Source of the DNA: Patescibacteria group bacterium
GTDB taxonomy: Bacteria; Patescibacteriota; JABMPQ01; JAHIRA01
Assembly: GCA_018818205.1 (NCBI GenBank)
Contig: JAHISJ010000023.1
Span: forward strand, 173,428 to 237,427
Direction: 5' to 3'
DNA: 64,000 bases
Shown one piece after another: positions 9,520 to 19,456 of this stretch; the stretch's first letter is position 1, and the number at the start of each line of letters is the position of its first letter. The notes beneath the pieces were generated by a model. That model worked only from the letters and a program-made list of their open reading frames with translations. It had not been told where the DNA came from and ran no database searches. A program made the position numbers and the translations under genes.

Positions 9520-10551
9520 ATGCAGAGTCCAGGCACAAAAAATATTTCAAAGAAACCAAAAAGTGGCTTCTTAAGACTGTTCTTTTTAGATCAAAAACAC
9601 TTCTCAAAGACAAAGGAACTTATTTTAGACAATGCAAAGGCAGACTTTGATTATATTATTCGCATAGTATTTGCTGTAATAGTGATAAGCCTGGGCATGC
9701 TTATTGATTCCACTGCAGTGGTCATTGGCGGCATGCTCATTGCACCACTGTTTTGGCCAATCTTTGGATTTGCTATTGGAATTGTTGAAGGAAAATCAAA
9801 AGTTGTAACAAAATCTTTTTTTACCTTGCTTAAAAGTTTGCTGATTGTTGTAGGCATAGCAATTGTCATAGGGCTTATTGCTCCTGCACATATTTTAGAA
9901 AGCCAAGAATTTGTTTCTCAAACGACACCAACACTCTTTGATTTACTGATTGGGCTTGCTTCAGGCTTTCTTGGTGCTTTTATTGTGTCTCATCCAAAAA
10001 TATCATCGAGCTTCGCGGGAGTTGTGATTGCCGCTGCCATTGTTCCTCCTTTGGCAGCTGTAGGGATTGCACTTGCTAAAGGTGATATAGATTCTTTTGG
10101 TAAAGCACTCCTTCTTTCTTTAGCAAGTCTCATAGCTATAACTTTTTCTGCTTCTGTGCTCTTTTACATTTCTCACGTAAAAACAAAAGGGTTTAAGCAG
10201 ATCTTTAAAACATACAAAGCAAGCATTGTATGGTTTGCAGTACTACTTATTATTGTCATTATTCCACTTATTCTCTTTACGAATCAGATTATTAAACATA
10301 CACGACAAGAAAGAGTAATTACAGAGGTTGTCACGAGCAAATTAGTGGACACTACTCTTGATACTGTCGTTCTCACAGAGCGGAATGACATCTTAACGGT
10401 CAAGGTAACAGTGCATAGTAAAGATGAAATAACGGACAGTGAGATTCAGGATATTGCACACGCATTATCAAAAGAATTGGAAGAATCTATTGTTTTGCAT
10501 GTAAACACTATTCCAGTAATCCAAAAAACGGAAGTGGTTAATTATGAGTAG
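9520..10551 (+). CDS. DUF389 / TIGR00341-like membrane protein
   Basis: DSTAVVIGGMLIAPL..PI, PTLFDLLIGLASG, GVVIAAAIVPPL motifs. Confidence 0.85.
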   Translation: MQSPGTKNISKKPKSGFLRLFFLDQKHFSKTKELILDNAKADFDYIIRIVFAVIVISLGMLIDSTAVVIGGMLIAPLFWPIFGFAIGIVEGKSKVVTKSFFTLLKSLLIVVGIAIVIGLIAPAHILESQEFVSQTTPTLFDLLIGLASGFLGAFIVSHPKISSSFAGVVIAAAIVPPLAAVGIALAKGDIDSFGKALLLSLASLIAITFSASVLFYISHVKTKGFKQIFKTYKASIVWFAVLLIIVIIPLILFTNQIIKHTRQERVITEVVTSKLVDTTLDTVVLTERNDILTVKVTVHSKDEITDSEIQDIAHALSKELEESIVLHVNTIPVIQKTEVVNYE

Positions 10552-10634
10552 TCCACAAATCTTTCATTGTTTTACTGAAAGAACTTCGCTAATATGAAAT
10601 GATACCATTTATTTATAACGATTAAGCGAAGAAT

Positions 10635-11828
10635 ATGGCAACATGTCCTCATTGCAATAGCGAACAGTCATCCGATACCGATTTTTGTACTAACTGTGGA
10701 ACGCGGCTTACAGGAGAAGGCGCGCAAAACAGCTCATCAAAAGATGAATCAAATGTAGAGTCAAAAGAGGAAGGTCAAGACGAGTCATTAAAAGAAGATG
10801 ACACTCATGAAAAAGAAGAAGCGCATAAAGATCCTGCTTCAGACAAAGAGAATGAAAAGGAAGAGATAGAATCAAAGAATGATTCAGAAAGCGGAGAGGA
10901 TAACAAAGAAGTGTCAGAGGGAAAAGAGGAAATCAGTTCAGAGTCGACAGAAAAGGAGAAAGACTCAAAAAAGGAAGAAAATACAGACGGCACAGATAAT
11001 ACCGAGGAAGATCCATTTGCATATTCTTTCGATGACGAAGACAAGCCAAAACGTTCAACCGATGGAATCTGGTTTGCAATTATTGCTATTATTGTCGTAG
11101 TAGTCATTATCGTTATTGGTACCCAAAAGAAACGTTCAGAGTTTGAAGAGGATACCGCAGAAGATGTTGTTCTCGAAGAGATGCAAGACACTGATGAAGA
11201 AGAAGTGGTAGATGACGCAAAACAAGATGAGGAAGAAAAAGTTGACGAGTCGGAAGAAAGTGAAGAAGCTGCAGAAGAGCAAAAGGAGCCAGAAGTAAAA
11301 GAAGAAGTTGTCGTTTCTGAACCTGGGTATTCTGTCTCAGCCTCAACCACACTTGTTGACACCTCAGCTTATAACTTTGACTACTCAGCAAAAAAAGTAA
11401 CAGACAAAGACTTTTCAACCGCATGGATAGAAGATGAGCGAGATGCGGGAATTGGCGAGTGGGTTCTCATTGATTTTGGAGCAGAGAAAGAAGTATCAAA
11501 TGTAGGTATTGTCCCAGGCTATGGACGTGATGAGCAAATCTATAATGAAAACAACAGAGTAAAAAAACTGACTCTAGAATTCTCAGACGGCACAAAGGTA
11601 ACAAAAGACCTTGAGGACAAGTATGGTATGCATATTCTAACGTTTGATCCTGCAAAAACCACTTCCCTAAAACTTACTATCGACGAGGTGTATAGTGGAA
11701 CAAAATACAATGACACTACCATTTCAGAAATAGATGTTGATAGTGACTATGTATTAAACAATGATCCTGAAGCGGCACTTAACTACTACAAAGAGAACAA
11801 GGCAAACTCAGCAAAAAAAGCAAACTAG
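10635..11828 (+). CDS. Zinc-ribbon, acidic low-complexity, single-TM protein with C-terminal discoidin/NADase-type glycan-binding-like domain
   Basis: CPHC...FCTNCG; E/D/K-rich linkers; TM WFAIIAIIVVVVIIVI; D.D.STAW.E...GIGEW...N.RVK...Y.G....DT.ISEI. Confidence 0.75.
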   Translation: MATCPHCNSEQSSDTDFCTNCGTRLTGEGAQNSSSKDESNVESKEEGQDESLKEDDTHEKEEAHKDPASDKENEKEEIESKNDSESGEDNKEVSEGKEEISSESTEKEKDSKKEENTDGTDNTEEDPFAYSFDDEDKPKRSTDGIWFAIIAIIVVVVIIVIGTQKKRSEFEEDTAEDVVLEEMQDTDEEEVVDDAKQDEEEKVDESEESEEAAEEQKEPEVKEEVVVSEPGYSVSASTTLVDTSAYNFDYSAKKVTDKDFSTAWIEDERDAGIGEWVLIDFGAEKEVSNVGIVPGYGRDEQIYNENNRVKKLTLEFSDGTKVTKDLEDKYGMHILTFDPAKTTSLKLTIDEVYSGTKYNDTTISEIDVDSDYVLNNDPEAALNYYKENKANSAKKAN

Positions 11829-11857
11829 TTTTTGTAGCTCCCTTAAAACAAAAGTAA

Positions 11858-13150
11858 ATGAAAAAAACAAAAAAACATCTTTTTGGCATTCTCTTAAGTA
11901 TTGCGTTTCTTATTCTTCCAGGGGTAACAGTACAAGCACAGTATAGTTCTGTTCGTACGTTTATTGATGCTGATACTATTGTTCGTGGATATACTGTAAA
12001 AGGCTATGGAGATACAGTCTTTGTGGGGATACGACCAAATGTTTTTAGGAATGAATCGACAGTAAAAATAGAACAAGTATCTAGTGACGATACGCCTGAG
12101 ATCCCGAGTGGACTGGAAAAGGCAAGCGATGTATATACCTACAACATTGCTATGTCCGTGCCACATGTTCTCGACAAGCCGATCATGGTTGCACTGAGTT
12201 ATGCCGGAAATGATTCATATGGTAAGTCGATATACTTTTTCGACCGGAATGATAATAAATGGAAACCTATTCCCACCACGTTTGATACAAACAAAAAACA
12301 CGCGCGTGCTTTGATTCACTTCCCCTATACCACAATTGCTGTACTAAAAGATACGCAGGCACAGAGTGGTGAGCCGTATAAAAAGGGAAGCCAAGCGCTT
12401 GGCATAGAAGCATATGCTGGAGCAGTTATTGATGCAAGCTCGGGCACGGTGCTTTACGAGAAGAATGGATCAGTTCCTATAACCATGGCAAGTCTTACAA
12501 AGCTGATGACTGCAAAGATTGCTTTGGAGAGTGGAATCAATTTAGACGGAGAGACATATATTTCTTCCGGACACATGGCTGAAGGTGCAAGAATGTCTAT
12601 TAATCCTGGAGATAAGGTGAGGAACAGAGATCTCTTTTTTGGAACATTGGTGCCATCAGGGAATAATGCTGCAAAAGCGCTTGCATCAGCTACCGGGTTG
12701 TCACATAGTGATTTTGTCGAAAGAATGAATAATAAAGCTGACTCTCTTGGACTTTCAACCATGCATTTTGATGGTGTGACTGGGCTTGAGCCGGGGAATA
12801 AGACGTCTGCCATTGACTACGCGCTCTTGAGCAGAGACGTGTTAAAAAACAAAACGATGCTCGAGGGGACAACAACAAAAAATTACTGTTTCTCCCCTGT
12901 GAACAGAAGCAATTTGCATTGTTTTAAGAATACCAATAAACTGTTAGATAGCGAGCTCTATGTTACCGGAGGAAAAACTGGCTATCTTCCTGGATACGCA
13001 GGAGGAGCCGGTGCTTCACTTATGGTAAAAGCAAAAAACAAAGATGGACATGAAGTTATCGCTGTAGTATTAGCTCATCCGTCCTATTCTCGTCAATTTG
13101 GTGATGTACACAAGATGATTAATTGGGCCTTTGTAAACTATAGTTTTTAA
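11858..13150 (+). CDS. D-alanyl-D-alanine carboxypeptidase (peptidase S11) with signal peptide and N-terminal extension
   Basis: ASLTK (SxxK), SGN, GGKTG motifs. Confidence 0.9.
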   Translation: MKKTKKHLFGILLSIAFLILPGVTVQAQYSSVRTFIDADTIVRGYTVKGYGDTVFVGIRPNVFRNESTVKIEQVSSDDTPEIPSGLEKASDVYTYNIAMSVPHVLDKPIMVALSYAGNDSYGKSIYFFDRNDNKWKPIPTTFDTNKKHARALIHFPYTTIAVLKDTQAQSGEPYKKGSQALGIEAYAGAVIDASSGTVLYEKNGSVPITMASLTKLMTAKIALESGINLDGETYISSGHMAEGARMSINPGDKVRNRDLFFGTLVPSGNNAAKALASATGLSHSDFVERMNNKADSLGLSTMHFDGVTGLEPGNKTSAIDYALLSRDVLKNKTMLEGTTTKNYCFSPVNRSNLHCFKNTNKLLDSELYVTGGKTGYLPGYAGGAGASLMVKAKNKDGHEVIAVVLAHPSYSRQFGDVHKMINWAFVNYSF

Positions 13151-13153
13151 GTA

Positions 13154-13540
13154 ATGGTCTACACTCTCATTTTTGACTACTACCGGTATTGGTATACAAC
13201 CGGATTTGTTCGTCTTTTAAAATACATGAAGGCGTATATTTTGATTTTGGCTGATGCTTTTTCTGTCAAAATATCATTCTTTACGCTTCTTTCCCCGTGG
13301 AAGAGAGATGTTAGTTCACTTAAAGGATTACCGCTTGATGAAAAGGTAAAGGTTATTATTTTTAATGTTATATCGAGAATATTTGGTGCAGTTTTAAAAC
13401 TTATTATTCTCAGTTTATTTTTAGTATTTCTTGTGTTACTTCTTGCAGCAGAATTGGTCATTATTGTTGTTTGGCTTTTTCTCCCGGTTGTCATTATCGA
13501 GCTTATAGTGATCGGCATTTTATTTATTCTTGGAAGATAA
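13154..13540 (+). CDS. Small membrane protein co-transcribed with the Clp ATPase
   Basis: Y.WY...FS...TL.SPWKR...N.ISR.FGA pattern, hydrophobic C-terminus; 7 nt before the Clp ATG. Confidence 0.7.
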   Translation: MVYTLIFDYYRYWYTTGFVRLLKYMKAYILILADAFSVKISFFTLLSPWKRDVSSLKGLPLDEKVKVIIFNVISRIFGAVLKLIILSLFLVFLVLLLAAELVIIVVWLFLPVVIIELIVIGILFILGR

Positions 13541-13547
13541 GCATTAT

Positions 13548-16136
13548 ATGAAAGAGCAGATCTATTTTAATCACAAAAAGGCTCAATTTTGGCCTCATGC
13601 CAGGCTGGTAAGGCTCGTTAGAACCCGCGTTTTTAGCATTCCACTCGTTGTATTTGTATACGGCTACGGAACACTTTCTATACTCTACTTCTTGATCTAT
13701 TTTATCAGGCTTATTCCTGACATTCCTATACTCTCAGACATTCCTTTCTCAAATACCATGACAGGATATGCAAGTATTGGAATAGCACTTTCATTCTTGC
13801 TTGCATCGCTGCACATATACTACAAAGCATATGTAGAGCAGCCTGCTCCCAAATTTACCGCCGAGCAGGTAACAGAAATAATACAAAAGGGAGGAAGAGT
13901 CAATCTCGCTGATTTTGCTTCAGTTCCAGTGCTCCTTACAATAGACTTAGCGTTTAAAAGGAGTCATGCAACGCAAAAAGGTTTTATTGAGGCACGTGAA
14001 ATATATGTTGCCATGACTAAGGAAGATCGGGGAAGATTCATTATTAATAGGCTTGGCTTTTTTAGAGATGATTTTATCAAGGAGATGGATGCCTATTACA
14101 AGAGCCAAGGTAAAAACTATGTTTCGGAAATTGATGTCACTTATTTATTTGCAAAAGCATTGGAAGTAGCAGCTATAGAAAAGCATCCCAAAATTTTAGT
14201 AAGTGATATTTTAGCCGCTTTGTCTGAGATAGAGCCGTTTATGCAAGAGCTTCTCTTTTCCAGAAATATTAAAGTTGAGGATGTGCTCAATATTGTCTAT
14301 TGGCAAACCACCAATGAAATCTATGATCAAGAAAAGAAATTTGATCCGGATAATCCCAAACTGACCGGTGGTATAGGCAAGGATTGGTCAATGGGATACG
14401 CACTGGCATTAAACCAGTTTGCCTATGATATGACCGAGATTGTTGCTAGGCAGCAAACACCCATTCATTTGATTGGAAGGTCGCGCGAGACGCAAGAAAT
14501 GGAGAAGATTCTTGTGCGGGCATCTAAGCATAACGTTCTTTTGGTTGGACCATCAGGGGTGGGGAAGTCATCTATCGCGCTCAATTTTGCGCGTAGAGTA
14601 CTCTATGGACAAACATATCCTGCCCTCGCAAACAGAAAGATCATGCAGCTTAACATTGATTACATTCTTGCTGGCGCAGAAACTCCTGGAGCAATTATTG
14701 AACGGCTCAGCGCAGTGCTTAACGATGCGGTGCGGGCTGGAAATATTGTCCTCTACATGAACAACATCCAATCACTTTTTGCAGGTGGTGGCTCTAAAGT
14801 TGGTGCGGTTGATGCCTCTGATGTTCTTATCCCGTATCTTGAAAACCCGGAACTTTATTTTGTTGCGACAACAACAACCAGTGCCTACCATCAATATATT
14901 GAATCAAAAACAGGAGTTGCCGATAAATTTGAGCGGATTGATGTAGAAGAACCAGATTACTCGGCTACGATTAGAATTCTGGAGGATATTCTTCATTGGC
15001 TAGAACCTGCTTACAAGGTGACAGTGACCTATAATGCACTTCAAAAAATCGTAGAACTTTCTGATAGGTTTATTTACAACAAATATTTTCCTGAAAAGGC
15101 AATCGATTTGCTGAATGAACTTGTTGTTTTTGTAAAATCACAAGGACGGGATATTATCTTCCCTGAGGATGTAGAGCAGACGATTCAGATGAAGACAAAA
15201 GTACCTATTGGTGAGGGAGAAACAGTAGAAAAAGAACGATTACTCAATTTGGAAGATTATTTGCATAAACGAGTTATTGGGCAAAATACAGCAATTAATG
15301 CAGTCGCAAACGCACTAAGACGTGCAAGGGCGGGAATCAGAAGTGGGCACAAGCCAATCGGTAGCTTTCTCTTTTTAGGACCAACCGGTGTTGGTAAGAC
15401 GGAAACATCTAAAGCTCTTGCCGATTCATACTTTGGGTCAGAAGACAAAATGATTCGGTTTGATATGAGTGAGTACCAGGACATCTCTGGACTTCACAGG
15501 CTACTTGGTGCGCCTCCAGGCACTCCACAGGCTGAATCGGGGGGTCAACTCACCAATGCGGTTAGAGACAATCCTTTTTCGCTTATTCTGTTTGATGAGA
15601 TAGAAAAGGCCGAACCAAATATCTTAAACATTTTTCTTCAACTCCTTGATGAAGGGTGGGTTACCGATTCGCTGGGAAGAAAAGTCAAGTTTAATAATTC
15701 CATTATTATTGCGACATCAAATGCGGGTGCGGAATATTTACGACAGCTTATACAAGAGGGGACACCCGAAGATGAGATTAGAGATAAACTACTAAACTAT
15801 CTTCAAGAGCAACATCTTTTTAGGCCAGAATTTTTAAATCGTTTTACCGCTGTTGTTAACTTTAATCCGCTCACAACCGACCAAATAGTTACCATTACTC
15901 ACATGATGGTAGAAAAGCTTATCTCGAGGCTCGATGAAGAAAAAGGAATATTCCTTACTGTCACAGAACCTGCCGTTCAGAAACTTGCAGAACTGGGATA
16001 TGATCCTCAACTTGGTGCTCGTCCAATTCAGAGAGTCTTGCAAGAAAAAGTAGAGAACTTCCTTGCTAAGAAAATGCTTTCAGAAGAGATTAAACGGGGG
16101 AGTTCACTGACGTTTGATGTAGATGATATTGAGTAA
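13548..16136 (+). CDS. ClpA/ClpC-family AAA+ ATPase with N-terminal transmembrane segments
   Basis: NBD1 GPSGVGKS; NBD2 GSFLFLGPTGVGKTE, RFDMSEY, LFDEIEKA, RPEFLNR, GARP; two N-terminal TM helices. Confidence 0.9.
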   Translation: MKEQIYFNHKKAQFWPHARLVRLVRTRVFSIPLVVFVYGYGTLSILYFLIYFIRLIPDIPILSDIPFSNTMTGYASIGIALSFLLASLHIYYKAYVEQPAPKFTAEQVTEIIQKGGRVNLADFASVPVLLTIDLAFKRSHATQKGFIEAREIYVAMTKEDRGRFIINRLGFFRDDFIKEMDAYYKSQGKNYVSEIDVTYLFAKALEVAAIEKHPKILVSDILAALSEIEPFMQELLFSRNIKVEDVLNIVYWQTTNEIYDQEKKFDPDNPKLTGGIGKDWSMGYALALNQFAYDMTEIVARQQTPIHLIGRSRETQEMEKILVRASKHNVLLVGPSGVGKSSIALNFARRVLYGQTYPALANRKIMQLNIDYILAGAETPGAIIERLSAVLNDAVRAGNIVLYMNNIQSLFAGGGSKVGAVDASDVLIPYLENPELYFVATTTTSAYHQYIESKTGVADKFERIDVEEPDYSATIRILEDILHWLEPAYKVTVTYNALQKIVELSDRFIYNKYFPEKAIDLLNELVVFVKSQGRDIIFPEDVEQTIQMKTKVPIGEGETVEKERLLNLEDYLHKRVIGQNTAINAVANALRRARAGIRSGHKPIGSFLFLGPTGVGKTETSKALADSYFGSEDKMIRFDMSEYQDISGLHRLLGAPPGTPQAESGGQLTNAVRDNPFSLILFDEIEKAEPNILNIFLQLLDEGWVTDSLGRKVKFNNSIIIATSNAGAEYLRQLIQEGTPEDEIRDKLLNYLQEQHLFRPEFLNRFTAVVNFNPLTTDQIVTITHMMVEKLISRLDEEKGIFLTVTEPAVQKLAELGYDPQLGARPIQRVLQEKVENFLAKKMLSEEIKRGSSLTFDVDDIE

Positions 16137-16182
16137 TAAAGGTTATTTTAATAAATTTCTTATTTTCGTCACAATTTAATAT

Positions 16183-18162
16183 ATGAACGAAGGTTCTCAC
16201 TTCCTCGATCAAAAATATCGTGGATTACGTACCTCACAGCCCGTTGAGCATGAAAAAGCCAGAAAAAAAAGAAGCGGCGAAAAGGTTTCAGAAAAACCGG
16301 TAGAAAAGATTGCCGACTTTCTCTCCGTCCTTGAGCGTACCCACCTGGGACACAATGATAACCCCCTGGTCTTTGATCGCATCAAGAACTACTATCACAA
16401 AGAGCACGTCATTAAACCGGAGGACATCCCTCAGCACTACTGGAACCAGCAAGCCGGAATCATGATCAGAGAAGGTCGTGGGGCAGACATGGCGCAAGCG
16501 GGAGTAGAAAAAGAAACGTTTGTCGACAAAGATGGCAAGGAACACACTAATTATCATTTTCCCGAAGACTTAAGAGAACAAAAAATTGAAATCCTGCGAA
16601 ACAACCAAGAAAGAAGTCTTGATTTGTGGGTAAACTACTTAACCTCCGATGACGCGCTCTACCCGATGTGGGCTAAATACTGGGCTTTCCAATCCGTTTT
16701 GGGTATGGGCAAATTTGAAAAAATTCAGATTGAAGGAGAAGAAGATGAACAAAGGCTGGGGAAAGCCAGATTCCAAAAAAGAACCAAAGACACTGTCTCT
16801 TCCTTTCCCTATCTAAACCCGAGAGCTCTCGCCCAAACTATTGGGATCATGTCAGAAAGAATTGCGGAAAAACAAAAGCCCAAAAAAGAACGACAGCCTA
16901 TAAAAAATGTCAGTGCGCAGCTTGCAGACCCCGAGTTTCAAAAGCTTCTATCAACTGAGAGCTTCTCAAAACTTTACGCGCAGTTTCTTTTTGAGATGCC
17001 GGAATATTCTACGGAGGGACTCGAAGAAACGAGAGGAGAATGGAAAAAATATCCTCAAGGCTCTGATCCTAAAAAGCTTGTTGAATCTCTTGAAAGCTAT
17101 CCACTCGAATGGTGTACGGTGAATCTCGGTACCGCCGAAGAGCAGCTTAAGGGTGGTGATTTTTATGTCTACTACTCATATGATGAAGGCGGTAATTCAA
17201 AAATTCCGAGGATTGCTATTAGAATGCTTGGACAAAAGATAGCTGAACCTCCCAGAGGCATTGCTCCTGACCAAAGCATTGATCCCTATATTGGTCCCGT
17301 GCTAGAAAAGAAGATGGGAGCATTTGGACAAGAAGGAGAACTGTATAAGAAGAGAGCTGGAGACATGGAAATACTCACCCAGATAGAAGAGAAGACCAAA
17401 GCGGGTATTTTCAACCAGCAAGAAGACCAAAATTTTATAAACCATCTCAAGGTTCTCTACGAGATTGACCGGTCTATGCAAGGCTTTGGTTTTCGAAAAG
17501 ACCCAAGGATCAGGGAACTAAGAGAGCAAAGAAATCCCGAAGAAGATATGCTAATCATTTTTAACTGTACCCCAGAGGAAATTGCGAGAGCTTTCGAGCA
17601 AATCACCCCCGATACAAAAGCCTACATCGGGCCACTGACTAAAAATATCTTCCACAAACTGCCACAAGATCTCGAACATATCTACATTGAGTTTCCTGAA
17701 CAAAAAATTCGTAAAACAGAGATTGAAATTGGCGAAAAATCCAAGGAAGAGCTCATAAAGGAACTGCTGGAAGCGGACATTAAGACTCCGAAAGAAGCGC
17801 TAGATATGATTAAATGCTCAGACTTTAAAACCCTCAAAATCCGAAAAAACGTAACTCTGGTCAGATTGAGTGTCAAAAATTTGGGATTTGAAAAGAATAC
17901 TGCCATCGATGATATTTATCAAAGAGCACAAGAACTGGGCCTTACGCTAAGCCCAGCTGAAGTTGGACCGCATTATCGGCTTGAATACCGTGATCAGCCG
18001 ATAGGTGAGTGGGTAACTGTTGGCATGAAACAAATAGGTGGCTTGAGTGTTTTTAGTGTGGGGCGTTCCAGTGGCAGGGAGTGTTTGTATAACCAAGTTA
18101 CCAATAGTACGTGGCATCCGATTCGTGAGTTTGTGTTTTGCCTTTGCAAGAATGAATCTTAG
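16183..18162 (+). CDS. Large hypothetical protein; C-terminus resembles CPR DGR-target (variable protein) families
   Basis: 659-aa ORF; C-terminal LGL.L.PAEVGP..RL.Y.DQP.GEW...M...VF...W....FVF; A-poor 3' end. Confidence 0.7.
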   Translation: MNEGSHFLDQKYRGLRTSQPVEHEKARKKRSGEKVSEKPVEKIADFLSVLERTHLGHNDNPLVFDRIKNYYHKEHVIKPEDIPQHYWNQQAGIMIREGRGADMAQAGVEKETFVDKDGKEHTNYHFPEDLREQKIEILRNNQERSLDLWVNYLTSDDALYPMWAKYWAFQSVLGMGKFEKIQIEGEEDEQRLGKARFQKRTKDTVSSFPYLNPRALAQTIGIMSERIAEKQKPKKERQPIKNVSAQLADPEFQKLLSTESFSKLYAQFLFEMPEYSTEGLEETRGEWKKYPQGSDPKKLVESLESYPLEWCTVNLGTAEEQLKGGDFYVYYSYDEGGNSKIPRIAIRMLGQKIAEPPRGIAPDQSIDPYIGPVLEKKMGAFGQEGELYKKRAGDMEILTQIEEKTKAGIFNQQEDQNFINHLKVLYEIDRSMQGFGFRKDPRIRELREQRNPEEDMLIIFNCTPEEIARAFEQITPDTKAYIGPLTKNIFHKLPQDLEHIYIEFPEQKIRKTEIEIGEKSKEELIKELLEADIKTPKEALDMIKCSDFKTLKIRKNVTLVRLSVKNLGFEKNTAIDDIYQRAQELGLTLSPAEVGPHYRLEYRDQPIGEWVTVGMKQIGGLSVFSVGRSSGRECLYNQVTNSTWHPIREFVFCLCKNES

Positions 18163-18175
18163 GCCCACATTGCCT

Positions 18176-18895
18176 TTAAATGTTCTTGCGAAGTTCTATT
18201 ACCTTCTTAAACGCTTCAAACGCTATTTGTTTTGAAAATTTTGATTTCCCCGATCTTCTTTCAATAAACGTAATAGGAATCTCCGCAATGCGGAGATTTT
18301 TTTGGTGAAAAAGATGCACGAGTTCGATTTGAAACCCGTAGCCTTCTGTTTGTATGGATGCTAAGTCGATTGTCCTAAGCTTTGATGCTCTAATACATCT
18401 AAATCCTGTCGTAAGATCAGTGAAGGGAATATCTAGAACCTTCCTGGCATAATAAATTCCAGCACGCGAAATACATTGTCTTACCGTATTCCAGTTTTTT
18501 ACTGATGCATGAGGAATATATCTAGAGCCTAAAACAAGGTCGTTCTCTTGCATAGCTCTTAGAAATCTAGGAATAGATCTGGGATTGTGTGAAAGGTCAG
18601 CGTCTATCTCAAATATAAAGGCAGCATTTTCTTGAAGTGCCTTAGAAAATCCAAATCGATATGCTGACCCAAGCCCTTTTTTGCTTTTCCGATTATATGT
18701 ATAAATCGATGCATATTTTTTTTGAAGTGCACGTGCAATTTCACCGGTGCCATCAGGTGAATTATCATCAATAATAAGGATTTTTTCATTGATCCTTGCT
18801 TTTTTGCATACAGAAAGGATCTCTTCTATAAGGAGCGGAAGAGATTCTTTTTCATTGTATGTGGGGATGATGATGTAGACTAGTTCGTTTGGCAC
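18176..18895 (-). CDS. Polyprenol monophosphomannose synthase-like GT2 glycosyltransferase
   Basis: IIIPTYNE, IIDDNSPDGT, GLGSAY..GF, DADLSH.P, GSRY, D.TTGFR. Confidence 0.92.
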   Translation of the reverse strand: MPNELVYIIIPTYNEKESLPLLIEEILSVCKKARINEKILIIDDNSPDGTGEIARALQKKYASIYTYNRKSKKGLGSAYRFGFSKALQENAAFIFEIDADLSHNPRSIPRFLRAMQENDLVLGSRYIPHASVKNWNTVRQCISRAGIYYARKVLDIPFTDLTTGFRCIRASKLRTIDLASIQTEGYGFQIELVHLFHQKNLRIAEIPITFIERRSGKSKFSKQIAFEAFKKVIELRKNI

Positions 18896-18981
18896 TGCAC
18901 AATATTTAAGGTATGAATAAGAAATTATATCAAATAGAGAGTAAATAAGTACAGAGATTATTAACTACTGAATTTCTTCCC

Positions 18982-19010
18982 TTGAATAAAGGCTTAAATC
19001 TTGCTATCCT
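18982..19010 (+). promoter_or_regulatory. Sigma70-like promoter for the tRNA-Ser leader/transcript
   Basis: TTGAAT (18982)-17 nt-TATCCT (19005) with TGn extension. Confidence 0.55.
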
Positions 19011-19066
19011 GAGCTGGTAGATAAGGAATCCCTACAGACTGGAAGGATATCGGGAAGTAGAAAAAA

Positions 19067-19285
19067 GGGGCCCCCGAATAATTCCGATTGTTTGGGAAGG
19101 TGGAACACTATGGAAGTCGGAGCGAATCCCGAAGGTTTTACGTAGGGGTTCAGCTAGACTGGAATAGTAAGAATTGGGGCCCCCGAAAAGTTCCTACTTT
19201 TTGGGGAAGAGGAGGAACAATATGTAAGCTGGAGTGGGTTCCGAAGGCTTTGCGAAGGGACACACGTAAGCTGGAATATTGTTCC
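19067..19285 (+). repeat. Two diverged tandem ~109-nt copies of a structured element upstream of tRNA-Ser
   Basis: Both units begin ggggcccccgaa (19067, 19176) and share ggaaca.tat..aag..ggag.g..t.ccgaagg.ttt.cg.aggg...ctggaata; internal inverted repeats. Confidence 0.75.
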
Positions 19286-19290
19286 GACGT

Positions 19291-19379
19291 GGAGAGATGG
19301 CAGAGTGGACTAATGCGCTGCTCTCGAAAAGCAGTTCTCGCTTTGTTGCGAGACGTGGGTTCGAATCCCACTCTCTCCG
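19291..19379 (+). tRNA. tRNA-Ser (anticodon CGA), CCA not encoded
   Basis: GGAGAGA/TCTCTCC acceptor, CTGCT-CTCGAAA-AGCAG anticodon arm, long variable arm TCTCGC..GCGAGA, GTGGG-TTCGAAT-CCCAC T arm, G discriminator. Confidence 0.95.
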
Positions 19380-19456
19380 GATTTTTGTATGAGTTTTTTG
19401 GAAAACTTTATATGTGAGGTGGGCATGGTTCCCATATTCTAATAAAATGAACGATT

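Noticed and set aside
10805-11362. 185-aa Ser-rich antisense ORF and the many other short overlapping ORFs in the track
   Set aside because: Shadows of biased codon usage on the opposite strand of well-supported genes.
19067-19285. Possible CRISPR array
   Set aside because: Only two long diverged units similar along their whole length, no unique spacers and no cas genes.
19088-19417. 109-aa ORF and its antisense ORF
   Set aside because: They overlap the structured repeat and tRNA-Ser; spurious.
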